DNA from: Hemiscyllium ocellatum
Lineage: Eukaryota
Assembly (NCBI RefSeq): GCF_020745735.1
Contig: NC_083403.1
Coordinates: forward strand, 71,643,003 to 71,707,002
DNA length: 64,000 nt
Direction: 5' to 3'
In this document: positions 59,671-64,000 of the stretch, piece by piece
Layout: the number at the start of each line of letters is the position of its first letter
Numbering within the stretch: position 1 is the stretch's first letter
Program-made: the position numbers and the translations under genes
Notes under the pieces: generated by a model
Told to the model about the DNA's origin: nothing
The model's database searches: none
The model's input: only the letters and a program-made list of their open reading frames with translations

Positions 59671-61536
59671 GGAGAGTCTCACAAACCATGCTGACATTGC
59701 TTGTCCAGTTGCACAACAGCATCTTTCTGATGGTTCAGGCATTAAGGATTATGATTTATTCCATGATATCCTGGTAATGGTGGGTTCTTCTAGGGTGTGG
59801 TGAGTGGGTGAATTGGGCTCCCAGTGAACATGAGCTGAAGGGCTAGGTTGTTGACGAGGTGAGGTTAGGATGATAAGCACGAGAAAACTTGCTAGACCTC
59901 CGGGAGAGAAACCCTTCCTGAGTCTCACTGAAATTGACATCGCTAGAAAATCTGGGATTCAGCCTATAGTCTCCTGGATAAAAACTTTGGGGCCCTGCTA
60001 TTTGCTTTTTCATTTGCCTTCTGTTTCATCACAAACATCTAGCATCATGTCACTCCCTTTTCTTTCAAAAGCCCAAAATGTGAAGACCAGTCCCTTTAAA
60101 TATTTAAGATTTTCATGCTTAATTCAGACTGGAAGTTATACATAGTGTAATTAATACATCAACATTTAATAACTTTTATAGTAAATTGCTCATTTAAGGA
60201 GGTGTTGACTAATTTATTGTAAATGTTGTAACACCTCTATGAAATGAGTCGTCACTTCCTATGAAATTCTAAACAATTGTATGATACTATTTTATAATAT
60301 GACAATTAGGATACAAGTACTTAGATCCATAAACTAAACTGATTTGAAATGATCAAAGGAGTCATGCCTGTTTATTAACTACCTAAAGTTCTGTGTTTAA
60401 AATAACTTTCCTTTGACGACACTTTATCATTTGCTATGTAAACGTTTGTGTAGTAGTGCAGAAACTGACAGCCCTACAGATGTGCATATGTACAGTAAAT
60501 AAATTAAATTTTTTGCTATTTAACGTTAGCATTTATCATTTACTGTAATTGTACTAAAAGTACATGAGAGCACATGCTTAGGCATAAGGTTAAATCATAG
60601 AATTGTAGACATTCTATAGTCCCCCATGTTTATACAGATTCTTTGAAAGACTAGTTGTAATTGGTCCCACATTCTCAAATCCTTTACATTCCTAATTCTT
60701 AACTTCATACTCAACTTTCTTTTAAAATTCTTTCTGTGTTTCTTCCATCTAGTACCAACCACATTATACTGCTATAATCAAGAAAAAAAATGAGCACAGT
60801 GCATTGCCCACTACCTTGTTTAACAGATTACATTACCATATCATTGTACAATACATAATTGCATGATTTTCTGTCTTGACTAGCTGTGAGTAAAACTAAA
60901 AGCCATTTATTCAAGCAATTACATCCTTAAATCGTAACAAGAAATCTACTCATTTCCTGCATTATTAACAACGGTGCTTCAATGAACCTCAGATATTGAT
61001 CACATATTTGACTTAGATGAAAAGTTGATTAAGCCCTTTTGTGTAAATCTGTTGTAATGACTACAATTGGATCTCAACTACTCTTGTACTTTGCAAGTAG
61101 AGCAAAGAACAAAGGTAAAGTATTCCTCGGATGGATGCCTTTAATCACTTACAGCTGCATTGGACTCAAATATCAATGACTGCATCATTAGAGACTAAAC
61201 TAAATTTGATTTTAGTGTTCACCATTTGAATGATAAACTGGTGGAGTTAATTGTCCATCCATTGTCAAACTCTCTTGATTTTCATTCCTGCTGAAAAGAG
61301 TGAGTAAAAAATCAGTTCAGTTCTATAATGGGCAAGTAATACACTTGTCCAGCTTCCTATACCAACTGAGTAATGGAAACCAATATTTATTCATAGAGTC
61401 ATAGAGATTTTAATGGCATGGAAAGAGGCCCTTTGGCCTATTATGTCCACGCTGGTTATGAAATATTATTCGATATTCTCCAGCACATTTATACATTTTC
61501 CAGCCTTTGACCCTTGGCAGTGCAGATTTCTTTGTC

Positions 61537-61599
61537 GCTGCAAATGTGTTGCTGGTCAAAGCACAGCAGGTTAGGCAGCATCTCAGGAATAAAATACTC
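61537..61599 (-). mobile_element. 63-bp tail-less PLE pLTR fragment (family B)
   Basis: TSD GCAGATTTCTTTGTC at 61522-61536 and 61600-61614. Confidence 0.88.
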
Positions 61600-62018
61600 G
61601 CAGATTTCTTTGTCAACAGCTTGTTCAGAAATGTTATGGTATACCTGTGGAGAATGTGGGACTTGAACCTAAACCCTTTGGCAAGAGACTGCATTACCAT
61701 TGTGCCACGAGAACCCCTAACTCATTGCCTTGCATGCTAGTATCGATCTTATTTTATGTCTTGAGGGTTCCTGCCTTTACCATCCTTTTAGTTCAATCGA
61801 TTCGAGTTTTAAATTGACCTAAAGATCATGAGCCAGCACATTCAAGCCAACTTTACATTTTGATTGCAACATTTAGAGACAGCTACTTTTAAAATATTTT
61901 CATGAGCAGTTTAATAGATGTATAGAGAAAGAAGGGGATTTCAAATTCCTTATTATTAACTGAGATGGACAAAGTGAAAAGCTTGATAGGGATGGGGGTG
62001 GGGGTACGGGGATGCTCT

Positions 62019-62365
62019 GGCAGTATACGGTGGCTCAGTGGTTAGCACTGCTACCTCACAGCATCAGGAACCAGGACATGATTCCACCTTTGGATGACTG
62101 TCTGTGTGAGTTTGCACATTCTCCCCGCTATCTGTGTGGATCAGATTTCCTCCCACAGTCCAAACATGTGCAAAATAGGTGGATTGCCCATGCTAAATTG
62201 CCCATAGTGTCCAGGGGTGTGAAGGTTAGGCGGAATAGGTATGAGAAAGACAGGGTTACAAGGATAAGGTTAGGGGGGAATGGGTCTGGGTGGGATGCTC
62301 TTCAGAGAGTCAGTGTGGACCCGATGGGCCAAATGGCCTGCTTCCATATTATCGGGATTCTGTGA
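62019..62365 (+). mobile_element. V-SINE (HE1-like)
   Basis: A-box GGTGGCTCAGTGGTTAGCACTGCT, V-domain and CR1-like tail. Confidence 0.9.
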
Positions 62366-63690
62366 AAACTGGCTGAAAGGAAGAAAGCAGAAGGTGTTGG
62401 TAGAAAGGTGGTTCTCTGACTGAAAGTATGATTCCATTAGGGTTCCAGGGCTTGGTGCTGGGGCCTTTGCTGTTTACAATGTACAGAAATGATTTGGACT
62501 TAAGTGAAGGGAATATGCTCAAGAAGTTCGCAGATGACAAGAAAATTGTTAGGGTGGTAAATAATGAGGAAGACAGTTGTAACTGTAGGAGGATATTAAT
62601 GAACTGATCAGTTGAGGATAGCAGTTTGAAAATGTAATTCAACCCAGAAAAATGTGAAGCAGTGAACTTGAGTCAGACCAAAAGGCAAGGGAATATCCAA
62701 TGAATCGTCAGACTATGAAACCTACTGAATTTGTAGGGACTTTGATGTGCATATCCACAGAATGTTTAAGTAGCAGGACTGGTAGATAAGTTGATTAAGA
62801 TGATGTATACGATGCTTAACTTTATTAACAGAAGCATAGAAAACAATAGCAAGGAAATTACACTGGTACTGTATAAAACACTGGATTGACCATAACGGTG
62901 TGATTCTTGGGTCACCACATTATAGGAAGAATGTGATTGCATGAGAGAGGGTGCAGAGAAAATTTACCAGGATGCTCCCTGTGCTTGAGGGTCTGCGTTT
63001 TGTGGAAATATTGGATAGGTCGGGATTGTTTACTTGGAGGAGCAAAGATCGAGAGGGAATTTGATAGTGATGTTTAAGATTACTATGGGTATAGATTGGG
63101 TGGATATGAATATAAGAGCATAAATTTAAGAACATAATTAGGAGCCGGAGTCAACAATTCGACCATTCGGGCTTGTCCCACCATTCATCTGATCTCACCA
63201 AGGCCTCAACTCCACTTTCCTGCTGACTCTCCATAACTTTTCAACTCATTATTATTTAAAAATCTGTCTATCCCCTCCTTAAAGATAGTCAATGTCTTGG
63301 CATTCACCATATTCTGGGTAAGTGAATTCTACATATTCATGACTGTTTGAGAGAAGTAATTTCTCCTCATCACTGTAGGAAAGCACTTTTTCCAATAGTA
63401 GGTGTGCCCATAACCAGGGGCAAAGATTTAAGGTGAGAGGTCGAAGGTTAAGACGAGAGTTGAAGAGAATGTTTTACACTCGGAGAATGTTGGGAGTCTG
63501 GAACTCACTGCTTGAAAGGATACTCAATTCAGAAAATATTTAAGCAGTGTTTAGACATTCACTAACATTGCCATAGCCTCCAGAACTGGGGTGAAAGCTG
63601 GAAAATGAGATTAGTGAAGTCAGAATATTATTGGTTAATATGGTCATGTTGGGCCAAATGGCCTCTGTTTTGTAAATGTCTACAAATCTA
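62366..63690 (+). mobile_element. Old CR1 RT/3' fragment, with a (-) strand CR1 3' end nested at ~63112-63376
   Basis: PLGFQGLVLGPLLFTMYRNDL..KFADDKK. The nested segment is the reverse complement of a CR1 3'UTR. Confidence 0.82.
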
Positions 63691-64000
63691 TATTCTGACC
63701 GATAGAATTATACAGCCTGTATGATTTTCTATTGGTGAACATCAAATGAGTTTTAAAATGGATGGGAAATCTACTTCACTAGATGGCTGATCAAATAGTG
63801 ATGAAACCTCATAATTTTCAAAAATTGCACATTTACTACATTCCTTTAAATCAATTTTGGGAAACCATTACATGTGTAAGAGTACATTTATGCATTTGCT
63901 TTCCCTGTTGTTGGATACTAAGCTGTAAATTTCATTAGTTGGTAATTTGAAACAAAATATATATTTTCCTCAAGTGAGTTTTGAAAATTAGAACTTGGTT

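Overview
Repeat-dense vertebrate DNA, most likely from a shark or other cartilaginous fish. This is inferred from HE1/V-SINE-like and SacSINE1-like SINEs and abundant CR1 LINEs. I recognise no intact host protein-coding gene, RNA gene or CRISPR array. Nearly all ORFs in the track are fragments of decayed transposons or are spurious. The window holds many CR1 copies (one near full-length, one 5'-inverted), a Rex1/Babar fragment, a second LINE family, SINEs, two solo LTRs, decayed Gypsy gag/pol pieces and decayed Harbinger transposase and Myb/SANT relics. The most structured signal is a set of more than a dozen Penelope-like element (PLE) insertions from about four families. They carry minimal type-I hammerhead ribozyme motifs with palindromic stem III and sit between AT-rich target-site duplications (TSDs), mostly 12-15 bp. 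Many are tiny ribozyme-plus-tail units or palindromes. All seven inverted insertions carry a ~35-nt 3' tail on exactly one arm. Hammerheads in PLEs are established knowledge; the mechanistic readings given here are inference. All coordinates were read by eye, and boundaries of old repeats are approximate.
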